Shown here in pieces: positions 40,240 to 54,899 of a stretch of DNA of 64,000 nucleotides. Position 1 is the first letter of the stretch; every line of letters begins with the position of its first letter. Made by a program: the position numbers and the translations under genes. This stretch comes from Octopus vulgaris (taxonomy: Eukaryota), in the NCBI GenBank assembly GCA_951406725.2, contig OX597814.1, positions 124,372,001-124,436,000 on the forward strand. The letters are read 5' to 3'. A model generated the notes under the pieces. The model was given only the letters and a program-made list of their open reading frames with translations, did not search any database and was not told where the DNA came from.

Positions 40240-41138
40240 AGCCGATGATGATGGTGTCGATGATTATGATGATGATGATGACGACGGCGATGACAACCAC
40301 GACGGTGATGATGATGATGATGATAATGATGATTTTTATCATCATCATTATCAGCAGCAGCATCACTTCACTACCACCAAAAGCATCAACAGACCTGTCA
40401 ATCACATGATATTCACTGCCAGTAACATTTGTTTCCTCTATCACCACCCCACTAAAACCGCCGCCGCCACCACCACTACGCAACCACAACAAAAAAAACC
40501 GCAGCAACAGCAACAACAACAACACGAACGACCGCCATTGATATTCCCTCCAGTACCACCGACGCAATACCGTAGCCGTCCTCGTCATCGCCATGTCACC
40601 ACTCCTCCACCGATAACACCTCTACTACAACCGACACAACTACAATCACAAAGATCAACAAGGTATACTCATCCCTACAACCACCGGCACCACTGCATCC
40701 ACAAGGATCTCTCCAGTGATATCACTAGTATCACCAACACTTCTGCTACAAGTAATAATATACTTATCACGCTTACCACCACCACCACCACCACTACCAC
40801 CACCACTACCACCACTACTACTACCACCACCACTACCACTACCACCACTATCACCACCACCACCACCACCATCACCACCTCCGATACACCCCCCACCACT
40901 GCCGACCACCACCACCACCACCACCACCACCACAACTATCACCACCACCACTATTACCCCCACCACCACTATCACCCCCACCACCACTATCCCCACCACG
41001 ACCACTATCACCACCACCACTACCACCACCATCACCACCACAACCACCACGACTACCACCACCATAACAACAACAATAACCACCACCAACATTACCATCA
41101 TTTTCATCACTACTGCTCCCACCAATACAATGAACATT

Positions 41139-41198
<60 letters not shown>

Positions 41199-42235
41199 CA
41201 CTACCTTCATTACCACTAGCGGCACTACACCTGTCACTACAATCGAAATACAACCCCTGACCACCACCACCAATACCTCATATACTGTCAGCACAATCAC
41301 TTCCTCTCATTGCTATAAATACTACAATCACTACTACCACCACCACCACTATGACCACTACCACCATCATCACTACCACTATACAAGCACCGATACTACT
41401 ACAGCAATTACCATTGAAGCCACAGTTATTTATCACCACCACCACCGATAACAACAACACTACACTGCCAACTATCGCTAACGTCGCCATCACTAACAGC
41501 ACCACCATCTACCACCGTCATCATCCCACCAACATTAAAAGACGACGACCACCACCACCACTACCACCACACCATCACTAAAACCACCTACAGCCACCAC
41601 CAACACCAACACAAACTCAACCATTGTCATTAATGACCACAACAATCAACGCCAACACTACCTCCACCACCACAACCATCATCACAACCACGAACACTAA
41701 TTTCAATCTTTCCTACATTTCATCACCACAACCATTACCACCACCGATACCATCACCACAACCGAAAATGTCACCACTACAACCACCACCACCACCAATA
41801 CTACAACCATCCACAACCAAAACCACCACCACCACCACTATCATCACAACGCCCCACCACCACCATAAACACCAAAACCACCACTACCACCACACCACCA
41901 CACCTACCACCACTACCACCACTACCACCACCACCACCATCATCAATACCACTACTACCACCACAACCACACCTACCACCAATTGCAGTAGCTTACTAAC
42001 ATCAATAATAGCCTTTTTTTCAGCACACACTATCACCCCACCACCACCACTACCACTACCACGCCTACCACTACAAATCTCTACAACACAACACCATCTA
42101 CACCACTGTCCACACTACCCCCTACACCACCACGACTACCACCACCCAACCCCAACACAAAAAACTATCACCACCAGCGACATCACCAGAACCAGCATCA
42201 TCACCACTATCAACAACATCACCACCATTATTAAC
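40240..42235. repeat. Cryptic (ACC/ACT/ATC)n trinucleotide low-complexity tract
   Basis: Direct inspection. Confidence 0.9.
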
Positions 42236-43039
42236 ATGCTTCAGTTCTCTTTCATAGGTTTATTTCTGTTGACAAAGCTATCTTCGTCAATGTTTTCCAT
42301 CTCATGTTGCTGCTTCTTTCTTCCGTATTCCGCTCCTCTTTACTACTTCAGCCTGTCTTAACTATATTTTGTCTTCCTTTCTTAACCCGAGGCTTGCATT
42401 TAGATGTCGCCACTTATACGTTTACCAATTCTGATACATCAGCCTCACCACTAAAAATATCACCTAAAACCAATCTGTGTCAGTGAATCTAGGCCGCTTC
42501 CCATTCATTATATTTTTCTATTCATTAACTTTTCCTGCTATAAGATTTTACATTTACACCTTAAGCTCTGAAAGCTGTAGCTTTTAAACAAAACGGTGTT
42601 AAAACGGAGCCTTGCTGAAAGCTTTTTTAAACAATATTTTTCATGTTGAAATATTTTTCATGAAAACAGATCCATGCCGAAAGCTTATTTAAACAAGCAT
42701 GTTTCTTATTTAATCTAATGTTGTTGCTTGTCTCCAGGTCATCCCTGTTCTTATAAAAAGGTATGATCAAATGAATTCCAGCCATGATTGTCCGACTTTT
42801 CTTTAAGTACCATATATCTAGGAACACATTATGCGGTGAGACTTTTCATTTCGTTGAGTGTAATAGACGAAGATTTGACTGCTATTTCTGGACGTTTGGG
42901 CGACCACATACAGACATCATCATAGGCGCGTATTTAAACTAATTCCAGCCGTAACCACCCCATCATGTTATACATGACCCAATACACTCTTCATTTTTTT
43001 ACAAACGAAGGGTACACTACGAGAGAAATTTAACTGTTA

Positions 43040-43490
43040 AGGCGGCTAGCTGGCAGAAACGTTAGCACGCCGGGCGAAATGCGTAGCCGTATTTCGTCTG
43101 CCGTTACGTTTTGAGTTCAAATTCCGCCGAGGTCGACTTTGCCTTTCATCCTTTCGGGGTCGATAAATTAAGTACCAGTTACGCACTGGGGTCGATATAA
43201 TCGACTTAATCCGTTTGTCTGTCCTTGTTTGTCCTCTCTGTGCTTAGCCCCTTGTGGGCAGTAAAGAAATAAGAAACGTTAGCACGCCGGGCGAAATGCT
43301 TAGCAGTATTTCGTCTGCCGTTACGTTGTGAGTTCAAATTCCGCCGAGGTCGACTTTGCCTTTCATCCTTTCGGGGTCGATTACATAAGTACCAGTTCCG
43401 CACTGGGGTCGATATAATCGACTTAATCCGTTTGCCTCTACTTGTTTGTCCCCACTGTGTTTAGCCCCTTGTGGGCAGCAAAGAAATAAG
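43040..43490 (+). mobile_element. SINE family B tandem dimer
   Basis: Second unit restarts at GAAACGTTAGCACG; TSD-like AGAAATTTA(A/G)CT flanks; a diverged monomer follows at 43670-43875. Confidence 0.9.
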
Positions 43491-44385
43491 AAATTTAGCT
43501 ATCATTTTTAGCAAAGTGAAGTACGATGTTGACGTTCACTCATTCGATTATTATTTAACAAACTATTAGCATCTGCATCTCCTTTTGGCGTTTCAAAGAA
43601 AATTGTAATTTCTCTCGGATCATTTTCACAATAAATACCAGACAACCTGTTAACATACCAAAGAAACTAAGGCGACGAGCTGGCAGAGTCGTTAACATAC
43701 AGTGCAAAATGCTTAGCAGCATTTCGTTCGTCTGCATGTTCTGAGTTCAAATTCACTTTGCCTTTTATCTCTTTCGGGGTCCAAAGAATATGTACCAGTT
43801 GAACTCTGGTGTCGATGTAATCGACTTAACCTCCAACCCCAGAATTGCTGGCATTGAGCCAAAATTTGAAAGCAAAGTATCTAAGAAACTGAACAGTAAA
43901 CTGCAATGAGTTGTATAAACAATACGTAACGCGGCGGACATTTTATTTCAGTACATCGATACAGTATATTTGTTAGGGTCCATATCAGTGGCAAATATCT
44001 AGATTTACTGCTCGGATGATTTGTAAGAAAAGCGTTCAGTTGTGGAGACCACACCAAAAATGGAACATAGGAGCAAAATGTGATCCATCTACCCACCCAT
44101 CTAGTAGAATATTGACTCCAAATAGAAACTCACAGAATTCTTATTGTACTCTTTTATTAATATAAACGCAAGCAGAGTAGACGATGGTTATGAATATAAG
44201 AGCAAGCACGTTTCGAGCATGCCCACCGTTTACTTTGTTAACCAGATCTCAGATGGACGCTTTAGTGATAATTTATTATCACTGGTTTATATTTCTGGAC
44301 ATAGTTAAGTGTCTTCTTGCTTCTAAAAAGACTGTCTTTACCTGAACGTATCAGGAACAAACTTTTATGAAAACGGAAGAATTTC

Positions 44386-44480
44386 TGACGAGGCTTGGCT
44401 GAAAAGTTCATGAGCTAACAATAATACTTTTATGGAATGTGACCAAATGAAGTTAATTTCTCAACATAGTTTCCCTTGTT
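44386..44480 (-). mobile_element. Mariner 3' terminus fragment
   Basis: TIR-like ACGAGG..GGCTGAAAAGTTC; reverse strand reads GNYVEK. Confidence 0.5.
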
Positions 44481-44539
44481 TCAACCTGTTGATAAACAAC
44501 GTCATCGTTGTAAAGAACAACCTGTTTGGACAAATTTCT

Positions 44540-45193
44540 TTGTTGTTGATGTCCTTGAATTTGCAGTAGCAGAAATAATGTCTCAAATAAGAAAAGTCAT
44601 TCAGTTCGGAGTAGCCGAAGAAATTGGAACAATATTAAAAGAGAAGCCTGAGCGATGGTACTGCCTGTTAGGTGATTGATATGTTGTTTTATTAGGAAAA
44701 TAGTTCAATGGAGACGATTGATAATCAATCATTATGAGTCATTTTTCAAAAGATTTGAAATCTCTATCCAATATCACCAGCGAATTACTTGGTTGGTTCT
44801 CTCTCATAGTATCACAATATGATTTATGCCTTGTAAAATCTTATTATACAGATGTTCATGACAAACTAAAGTATGGCTATGATCAGTTTGATATAGTGCT
44901 TTTTTTGTATTTTAGAAATGTAATACATTCTGAAATTGATGAATTAAGGTTTGTTAACGTTCAAACTGTTAAAGACAGTAACGTGTTTTTAACACACTTG
45001 AAGATATTAACACGTTTTAACACATGCACCCTTTATGTTCTCTTAATGAATGTCAACTTTTCAAGAGGAACGGTTTACCAGAAATTCATCTGAAGTTTAG
45101 CGAATAATTTCACTATTTCTTTTAAAAAGGTTATATATTTCCGATCTTATGCAAAATTTCCTCCCATAATTCATAACATAAATATGAGTGCAC

Positions 45194-45256
<63 letters not shown>

Positions 45257-46000
45257 ACACACACACGCGCACGCACAAAGAACTTCTGTTTAGTGGTTCA
45301 ACCTTGACAGAGATTTTGAAGAATTTGTGAGATCTAAAAATTAGATTAACAATAGGCGGCCTGAATCAGAGACTTAAGAATCGGAGAACTTTAAAAAAAA
45401 GATTAAATCTAGTTACGTTATTACAAAGTACATCATGAAAATGCGTTGAACCAGCTTACTATTGAACTGAAACTTCTTTATACTCCAGCTCAGAAACCGT
45501 AAAGAAATGCCTACTTTTCATCTTTTCTAGATTTAGTGTTCCTCTGACCCTGGCGTCAGGTACTGAACCAGAACTCATTCAAGTAAAGGACTCGTTAGAG
45601 GAAGAAAATTGAAAGTCTTATTTACAGTTCAAATCTAATGGTGCAGCAGAAAGATCAGCGCAAACAAGTGAGTCTGCATTAAAATAATTTTGCAATACAT
45701 TCTTTGCAAAGTTAAATGAACTAAAGTTTCTTTTCAACCATCGTCGTGCGTATGTCGCTTGCAAATTATCTCCAGCTGAGAGATTACTTGGCAGACATTT
45801 AAAAGTAGCTGTAAAACCCCTTTTTTTGTTTTATGGGGTTTGACAAATGTTACATTAGAAGAATAATTACCAGGAAATTTCCAGCAGATGCTAGTTATCT
45901 GATTTATACAAGTATAAACACGGCATGGGTTAAACGCGATGATGTAAAAGCTCAGTTTGTGCGTCAGCTAAACAAATGACTTTTAAGCGTACTTTCTTTC
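44540..46000 (+). pseudogene. Decayed Gypsy-type LTR retrotransposon pol (integrase)
   Basis: KSNGAAERSAQT (about 45630-45666) and SPAERLLGRHLK (about 45769-45804) match the integrase xSNGxAER and SPAELLxGR motifs. Confidence 0.65.
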
Positions 46001-46189
46001 ACAGAAATATCTGCCAATTAGAATACGAGTCTTGATACAATGAGGAGAAATTAATAGCGTTTATGAAGCTAATAATATAATCAGTAGGTCGATGTCAGCA
46101 ACTTCTTCATATCTATGGTAAAGCATCACTTGATCAGGTGATCACTTGTTGCAATGTTACTAACAAGCAAGTGAATATCAATTTCTCCA

Positions 46190-46226
<37 letters not shown>

Positions 46227-46456
46227 TTGTTGTTGCTGTTGTTGTTAAGCAACAAGACGGGTAAGGGTGATTAGGTGATGGTCTAGGGCTTAGGGGCGGG
46301 AGACCCCTGACCTTGAAAAAAAAAAGACTTTGATCGTCTCGTTGTAGTCGAGGGCTCTTCGTTGACGCCCGACACCACTGGGAGGTGGCCCTCGAAGTCG
46401 CTGGAAATGGAGATCTCCAGGTCCAAATTCTTGAACGGCTACTGCTGCTGCTGCAG

Positions 46457-46517
<61 letters not shown>

Positions 46518-47305
46518 GCAGCAACTTAGCTGTTGCATTCTACCACGATGTAGCTTATGTAGTGGTTGAAAAACCTCGAAGGGAGTTCGGAAGCCACACA
46601 GATATAATGACTAACACGATATATTTTCTGTGGGGATTAAGGTTATATTTATAACTTCCTAAATATGATAAGGTCAAACATGCAATTTTCGTCAGAAATG
46701 ATTGCAGGCGTATTCAAAGCATTTTTGTGAGGTAATTTTTCGATCTGTTTTTCGTTTTTCCTTACATGTTATGAAATACGACATTTTAATTTTAGGTTTA
46801 TAGCTTACATAATCCTTACATTTCAAAATTCAACTCAGATATTTTATACTTTTATATTTAAATTTACTGAGAAAAACATGAATATGATGGAACTATATTA
46901 GTTTTACTAACATATTTCTTTTAAAGCAAAAATATACCTTAATCTAAATATCAAAAGGCTTAGAGAATTTAAAAATCATTGAGACTTTGTGCTATACTTG
47001 TGGTTATATTATACCAGATCAGTTTTTATTTCGACTGCCAAGCGGTTGACTAAAACAAACAATGGCCTCCTCATGTAATTTGTGAAGCATGTTTAAGTGA
47101 TTTGAATGACTGCTTGAAAAATAGAAGTCCACAATGCCTTTTGCAGTGCTAATGATTTAGAGGAAGTAATCAAATCAGTTCCCGCAAATTATTCTTCCTT
47201 GCGATTAAAGCATATTTATCATATGTTTTGATTGTAGATACGTATTAACAATATATATTTATAAGTAAACACAGTAATGAAATTTAAACGAAGGTAAGTT
47301 ACACA

Positions 47306-47472
47306 GGCGCAGGAGTGGCTGTGTGGTAAGTAGCTTGCTTACCAACCACATGGTTCCGGGTTCAGTTCCACTGCGTGGTACCTTGGGCAAGTGTCTTCTG
47401 CTATAGCCTCGGGCCGACCAAAGCCTTGTGACTGGATTTGGTAGATGGAAACTGAAAGAAGCCAGTCGTATA

Positions 47473-47566
<94 letters not shown>

Positions 47567-47790
47567 TGTGTGTGTATATTTGTGTGTCTATGTTTGTCTC
47601 CCCAACATCGCTTGACAACCGATGCTGGTGTGTTTACGATCCCGTAACTTAGCAGTTCGGTAAAAGAGACCGATAGAATAAGTACTAGGCTTACAAAGAA
47701 TAAGTCATGGGGTCGATGTGCTCGACTAAAGGCGGTGCTCCAGCATAGCCGCAATCAAATGACTGAAACAAGTAAAGAGTAAAGAGAGTA
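47306..47790 (+). mobile_element. SINE family A, full length
   Basis: Complete head, internal (TATC)n/(TG)n and tail. Confidence 0.92.
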
Positions 47791-48244
47791 TGTATACAAC
47801 ATACATAAAGAAAAAGTATGTGTCGTCATAGAGATCAGCTGCTGCGCTTATGTCACTGCCTATTCGAAAATGAAAGAGAAAAAGTTTAACTCCAAGTAGC
47901 TGTTTCGAAACCTTCAGATTCTATAACCCGATTATAAATTCACATTTATACCAATAATAACTGATGCTCCTGTTTCTGTGATTCTAAATGACAAGCTGGA
48001 GAAGCTGGGATTTTCAGAAAAAATAAAAACCAACTAACATGCATAACAAATACAATCTTTTAGTAGAATAGTCAAAATAATGCAAGAGTTTTCTCAAGTT
48101 CAAACTGCGAATTTGTTTTTTATAATCAAGATTCCAACAATGGAGCTTTGTATCTTTGTTAAAAGCCAATTACTTTCTTACAAGAACATTTTAATTAAAT
48201 TGAAGGTAGAAAAGAACATATATATATCTTTTATATATATATAG

Positions 48245-48642
48245 TTTTATCTTTTACTTGCTTCAGACATTAGACTGTGACCATACTGAGGCAACGTCTT
48301 GAAGAATATTTTGCTCGAATGAATCGACTTAAGTACTGATTTTTTAAAAGCCTGGTAGTTATTCTATCGGTTTCTTTTGCCAAACCGCTAAGTTACGTAA
48401 ACACATCAACATCGGTTTCAAGCGGTAGTGTGGGACAATTACAACTATAAAAACAGACACACAGACACACACACACACACACACACAACGGGTTTCTTTC
48501 AATTTCCGTCTACCAAATCTGCTCAGAAGCCTTTAGTCGGCTCAAGGCTAAAATGGAAGATACTTGCCCAAGGTGTCACGCAGTGGTACTGAACTCAGAA
48601 CCATGTGGTTGGAAGCAAGTTTCTTACCATTGAGCCACGCCA
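48245..48642 (-). mobile_element. SINE family A, older variant
   Basis: Diverged reverse copy. Confidence 0.85.
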
Positions 48643-49382
48643 TGCTAAGAAATTATAAACAAGGCCAACCTTAATCAGATGCAACTTTCATGATAAAGGC
48701 TAAGAAAGCAAATCTCAATGTCTCATAAAAAAGTCCACAAATTGTATAACTAACCCATGATAAACAATTATTATACACATACTAATAAAAAAATCGTCCT
48801 CTACAATAACAGCCCCGCTAACATTTCGAAATCTCACTGGAATGTGTATAACACACGACTACTGAAATAAGCAGTTTAAAATCCATCATTCAGCTCCATT
48901 AAGAAAAATGAAACGATGACCTAAAGTTCCCTTGCCCTCATAAATCGAGTATGTTATGAACACAATGAATGCAACAGCGATTAGCATATTCATGTTCAAA
49001 TCTACCGGAACATATTAAGAATGAATATGTATGACATCTTTCTGACTCTCGCTGTTCGCTGTGCATCCAACGATTTATTGAAGTTATTTCCTATTAAATT
49101 TTATTCCCTATATCTACGTATAGATGCGCGTGCACACAGATACATTCACACGGTACAACTTCGAGAACGCATAGTTGCATAACACCCCAATCTTTAATTT
49201 TTATGGTTGGATCCTCTGCTATTCAGACTCGATTCTCTAGCATTTATCAATTTCTTACAAACATACTAATAAGTTCTTAAATTTCGTAATCTTTGCAACC
49301 ACGTTTATTTCCTTCCCATAGTCAATTTTGTAACGCATAATTTCTTTTAAAAAGTGTTCATTCTATATATACACAGATATGT

Positions 49383-49623
<241 letters not shown>

Positions 49624-49905
49624 ACACACACATATATGTATATATGTATGTATATATATATGCTTACTCTCATCAAGGCTTAAGTTAACTATCTTCGAAT
49701 AATCTTTACATTTCAATTTTTAATTCTCTACCATCCCCATAAATTTATAATTCTCGTAACAATCTTTAATTCTAGTGAATTTCCACAGCATATTTTTACG
49801 GCTAATAAATGATATTTAATATTTAACACACACACGAATAGACACACAAATGTATGCATGTATATATATATATATATATATATATAAAGACTCATGTATA
49901 TATTA

Positions 49906-49941
<36 letters not shown>

Positions 49942-49995
49942 TGTATGTATGTATGTATGTATGTATGTATGTATGTATGTATGTATGTATGCATG

Positions 49996-50076
<81 letters not shown>

Positions 50077-51048
50077 ATATGTATTTCTTATACACATATA
50101 TTCAAGATTAGACAAATGCGCAAGCATACAGTTTGTTGAAAGTGTACGATCGTCATGAATACCTGATCGTATAATTTATAACCATCTTAACTCTCAAAAT
50201 GCCTTATATATTAAGATATCACCCGAGCACGAGCAATTTTGCATATATGCATACGTATTTATAATCACATAACCTCACGTTTATGGTCACATAATTTATT
50301 TTTGAACTTTCTTCTATCATTTATCCACCTTTCAAAGATAAAATTTATTGTGTAACTGATGTAAACAAGAGGACTTTGGCATGAAAGTCAACTCCCTATA
50401 ATATACATGATTTTTAAATTTTCTTGAAAAATGTCTAAAACCGGGGTGAAGTATATGAACACTTGACTGCGTAATCTACAACATTATGAATTTATCATCA
50501 ATTTATATTCCAAACGTGTCAACAGTAGATAAACATCAATAATCCACATTTCCCCTTATACCTATTCCCTGACCATTGATTAAAAATGCACGGACTTCTC
50601 CCTCTTCCCTTTGTTTTCTGCTGATTCAAAACAAACCTGCCTATTTATCGTTAACAATGGATTACCTATAGTTCACTTCATATGATGGTCTGGAACGGGA
50701 AATTTGAAAAGCTAGATGTAAGAGGTGCCATCTCTAGTAACCATATGTGTTTGTGTATGTATATAAGACATCATGAAGAAGAATGGAGATTGGAGTTTCT
50801 TCTACTGCTATGTATATAAATATTTTTTTACATTCTAAAAGATCATTCAAAGTTTGAATTATATCAAAACTATTGTTTGTTCCTTCTCAAGTAATGCCTG
50901 ACTCATAAGGGCTGGTTTCCCTACGCCAAAGTTCGAAACCCTTATTAATGTGACATTAATAGTTGTAATGCGTGATGTTAGAAACTAACGTGTAACGTTT
51001 TGAGTCGTTTAATATTAGTAGCATGACTTAGAACATGATTTTGCATTT

Positions 51049-51355
51049 TTTTGTTTGGTCCTTCTCGAGTCACGCCCAGCTCATAAGGGCCGGTTTCCCG
51101 GTTTCCTTGGCGTATAGGTTCCCCACCTGGACGGGACGCCGGTCCGTCGCAGGTGAGCTGCAAGATGCAGGAGGAAAGAGTGAGAGAAAGTTGTGGCGAA
51201 AGAGTCAGCAGAAGTTCGTCATTACCTTCTGTAGGAGCCGCGTGGAGCTTAGGTGTTTTCGCTCATAAACACACACATCGCCTGGTCTGAGATTCGAACC
51301 CGCGATCCCTCGACCGCGTGTCCGCTGCTCTAACCACTAGGCCATGTGCCTCCAC
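51049..51355 (-). mobile_element. tRNA-derived SINE family C, full length (tail variant 2)
   Basis: Reverse strand has TGGCCTAGTGGTTAG A-box, GGTTCGAATC B-box and a CpG-rich body. Confidence 0.9.
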
Positions 51356-52367
51356 ATATCAAAACTATAGCCATGCCATATTTCATGATTCCCACATCTA
51401 GAATATATTTTAAGAAGGACCGTCTAACACCGAATTCTTCAATTCGCTTCACCCATCCGCATAGGTAAAACCTTGAACAAAGCTACATAAGAATGTCTAC
51501 TGGATGAATATATATTGCAAGTGAAGCAACTAAATGTACATAAATGCTACATCAAAAGAAATTAAGACACTTATGCAGCAGAAACACGTGTCGGACTGGA
51601 ACTTAATTTGAATTTAATGTGAATAATTATGTAATAAACAACTTTTGAAGATGTATAATTCTTCCTTCTTCGTTATGATGTCTTGATTATAGACTCTGTA
51701 AGCTGTATGGAATCTAATGACACGAACTCAGTCTTTAACTATTTATTGGGTTGTCCGGAAAGTTCGTGCCGATTTATAGTAGCTTCCTTTTCGACTTATT
51801 TTAGAATGTGGTTGAGTCCATAAAGTAGGATCTGACTACACCTCCATTTAGAGCACAGTTTAAGCTACCTTTTCGTGGAAGAAGGTTTATGTTCCTATAA
51901 CCTGTGATTCAGGCCGCCTATTGTTAATCTAATTACAAATAATTAACAAATAATTTTAGGATAATTACAAAAAAATTTGCTATTACATGTTTTATGATAC
52001 AACATCAACGGTGCACCGGCACGTCCTCAGCTGAGTTGCTTTTAGTGCTATAAAATAAGTTATATTTCTTCCACCTTCTTGGTTTATAAAATTTATATAA
52101 AAAATTCTCTATACACTGACGGATTTCCACATTCATATTCAAGGTGCCACATTATAGAATTGAACACGAAGTCATATGGTTCGAAATATGCGAACATGTA
52201 TGTGTATCTCTGTGTGCATGTGCGTGTCTATTGATACATACATTCACATGTACATCGTATGTATATATATATAAATATATGCTATAATATATATGAATAT
52301 ATAAATGTATTATAATGTATATATATATATATATAGGTATATATATGTATATATATATCATTATATG

Positions 52368-52406
<39 letters not shown>

Positions 52407-53849
52407 GTATATGTATACATATGTACATATATACAAGCATACATACATTCATATATACATTCATGCATACATATATACTTCCATAGATAGATAGATACAT
52501 ACATACATTTCTTCTGCTATAGCAATATTTCTTGCATTTCTCAGCATGAATACACTTGCACGTAGAAAACCCACCGGTCTCGATTGAGCATCGCCATTGT
52601 AAGCGGACACCTCAAAATTTCTATCTTTGTACACTACACTGAAATCACTCATGTGTTGAAACAAACATCAAAAGACAATGCGCGCGCGTGTGTGTGCGTG
52701 CGTATGTGCGTGTGTCTGTGTATGTGCGTGTGTGTGTGCGTGCGTGTGGGTATGTATTACTAAACATCTAGTGTAAATTAAACACTAAAATTGGCGGCGA
52801 TCTGCATGGTTGGTTCACTTGTTCTGGTGGCTGATGCCAACATCAGTGGTAGCTTGGCAAAATTAAACCGATTCATAATTAGATGTGACACCAGTTAGAA
52901 AATTAGTTTCGGCTTTCAAAATTCGATGTCAGATAACAAATATTGACTAAATTCTATTATTAAACTATAACATCGCTAAAGATTGCTCACCATATTTCTG
53001 GCAATAACATTTGTTAATTCCCATCGAAGATTTTCCTTTAACAGTAGTTAACCCGTGTAGGACAAAAACAAATTTTAGATGACTCAAACAAAGGGTTGGC
53101 AAGCTTTTTATATCATTGACCCCTTAATGGAATTTCTGATAACTTATCGACCCCCGACATGTAAATTTCTAAAATAAAATATCTATAATTTGTAATAAAA
53201 TATCTTGATTTAAAAACAATAATTCCTTCGTTCTTTGTTTCGTTACCGCTTTTTGATAAGAAATATTTAAAGAAGTTTAATGAAAACAATGAAATTTATA
53301 AAAAAACAATAAAATTTGACTCTCATTATTTTTCATCCAATCAAAATATTGAAAAACTCATAGAATCCACCCCAGATAACCTCTTTGTTTATTCCTGGCT
53401 TTGATAGACGAGGATGAGTAATTCCCAATATTGTTTTCAAGATTCTATGGTGAGAGCAAGTGTAAAAGTTATCCTCGCAGTAGGAACCTGCATTGAATAC
53501 TTTCAACAGAGTAAACCCAAGCTAAAAATACCCACTGACCAAGTAGTGGTGTTAAACATTCCATACAGTTACGGCTACCTCAGGTTATGGGATTCCATGC
53601 TTACGGAAATGACTATTAATTTCGGGATGCAGTCTGTAATTTCGCTCTTATAAAAACTTTGTATTGCACAGTTTTAAATTGTTAACAATTTAAAACTACA
53701 CTTTCTTCTTAGCTCAGTGGCCACTTGCGCTTTAGTTAAGATCAAAGTATATAGTTAACGATCTGGAAAAATATCGTCACATTACACACATACATACACA
53801 CACATACATGTATATATAATGTGCATAATGTGAGTATATATACATATAC

Positions 53850-53907
<58 letters not shown>

Positions 53908-54525
53908 GTATGTGTGTGTGAGAGAGTGTGAGTGTGTGTGCGTGCGTGTGTATGTGTGTTTGTATATGTATATATGTTTATGTGCATATGAATCTATTAT
54001 CAACACAAACACACGCACCAGCTGCAGCAGTAATATATACTATGAAGTAGATTAGCAAATCCATTTCAAATAAAAACATAATGTGGTAGACTGGTGTATT
54101 TTTAAAAGTTGAAATGAAATGTCTTTGATCTTGGGTCAATGAGGATTAATTAAACAGCCACAACAATACAATTTATATGAAAATATAACGACTATAACAC
54201 CAGCAATATCCGCCCACAATTATTAGCATGTAAACCAATGCAACCCACATCCTCCTCCCTATTAATCCACTGATCCATGAATCCAACTGGCTACACCAGA
54301 TATTAGCATGTACACCAACACGTGTGTGTATGAGTGTAAATGAGTATTTGTGGGTGACTGTGTTTGTGTGTGTATGTGTGTGTGTATTTATATTTTAAGT
54401 CAGAAGTGCAAGGAGCAAATTGTCTATAAAATGCGCCGTAACTTCAGCTAACTGTGATCATATAGTACCTCGTCTTTTCCAGTCGTTCACTTTTCATTTC
54501 ATTTTCATTATTACATGAACAGGAA

Positions 54526-54740
54526 GGCGGCGAACTGACAGAATCGTTAGCACGCCGGGCGAAGTGCTTAGCAGTATTTCGTCTGTCTTTATGTTCTCAG
54601 TTCAAATTCCGCCGAGGTCGACTTTGCCTTTTATCCTTTCGAGGTCGATAAATTAATTACCAGTTGCGTACTGGAGTCGATCTAATCGACTGGCCCCCTT
54701 CCCCAAAATTTCGGGCCATGTGTCTAGAATAGGAAAGATT
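54526..54740 (+). mobile_element. SINE family B monomer
   Basis: 18-bp TSD ATTATTACATGAA(C/T)AGGA at 54507-54524 and 54738-54755. Confidence 0.92.
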
Positions 54741-54899
54741 ATTACATGAATAGGAATAAGACAGTTTTCCTCTCTCACAAATCAGATCTTTACTGGGCCA
54801 AGTATTTTTTTATTAATTATTTGTTGTGGATAATTAATCGCCACGGCTGTTGGATTTGCCTTCAGTTTATGATATCTTGAAAGACGCTATCAAGTTGAC

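Noticed and set aside
40406-42361. Long Thr/His/Pro-rich ORFs resembling a mucin exon
   Set aside because: Open in several frames and on both strands because of ACC/ACT repeats; no domain, signal peptide or convincing splice sites
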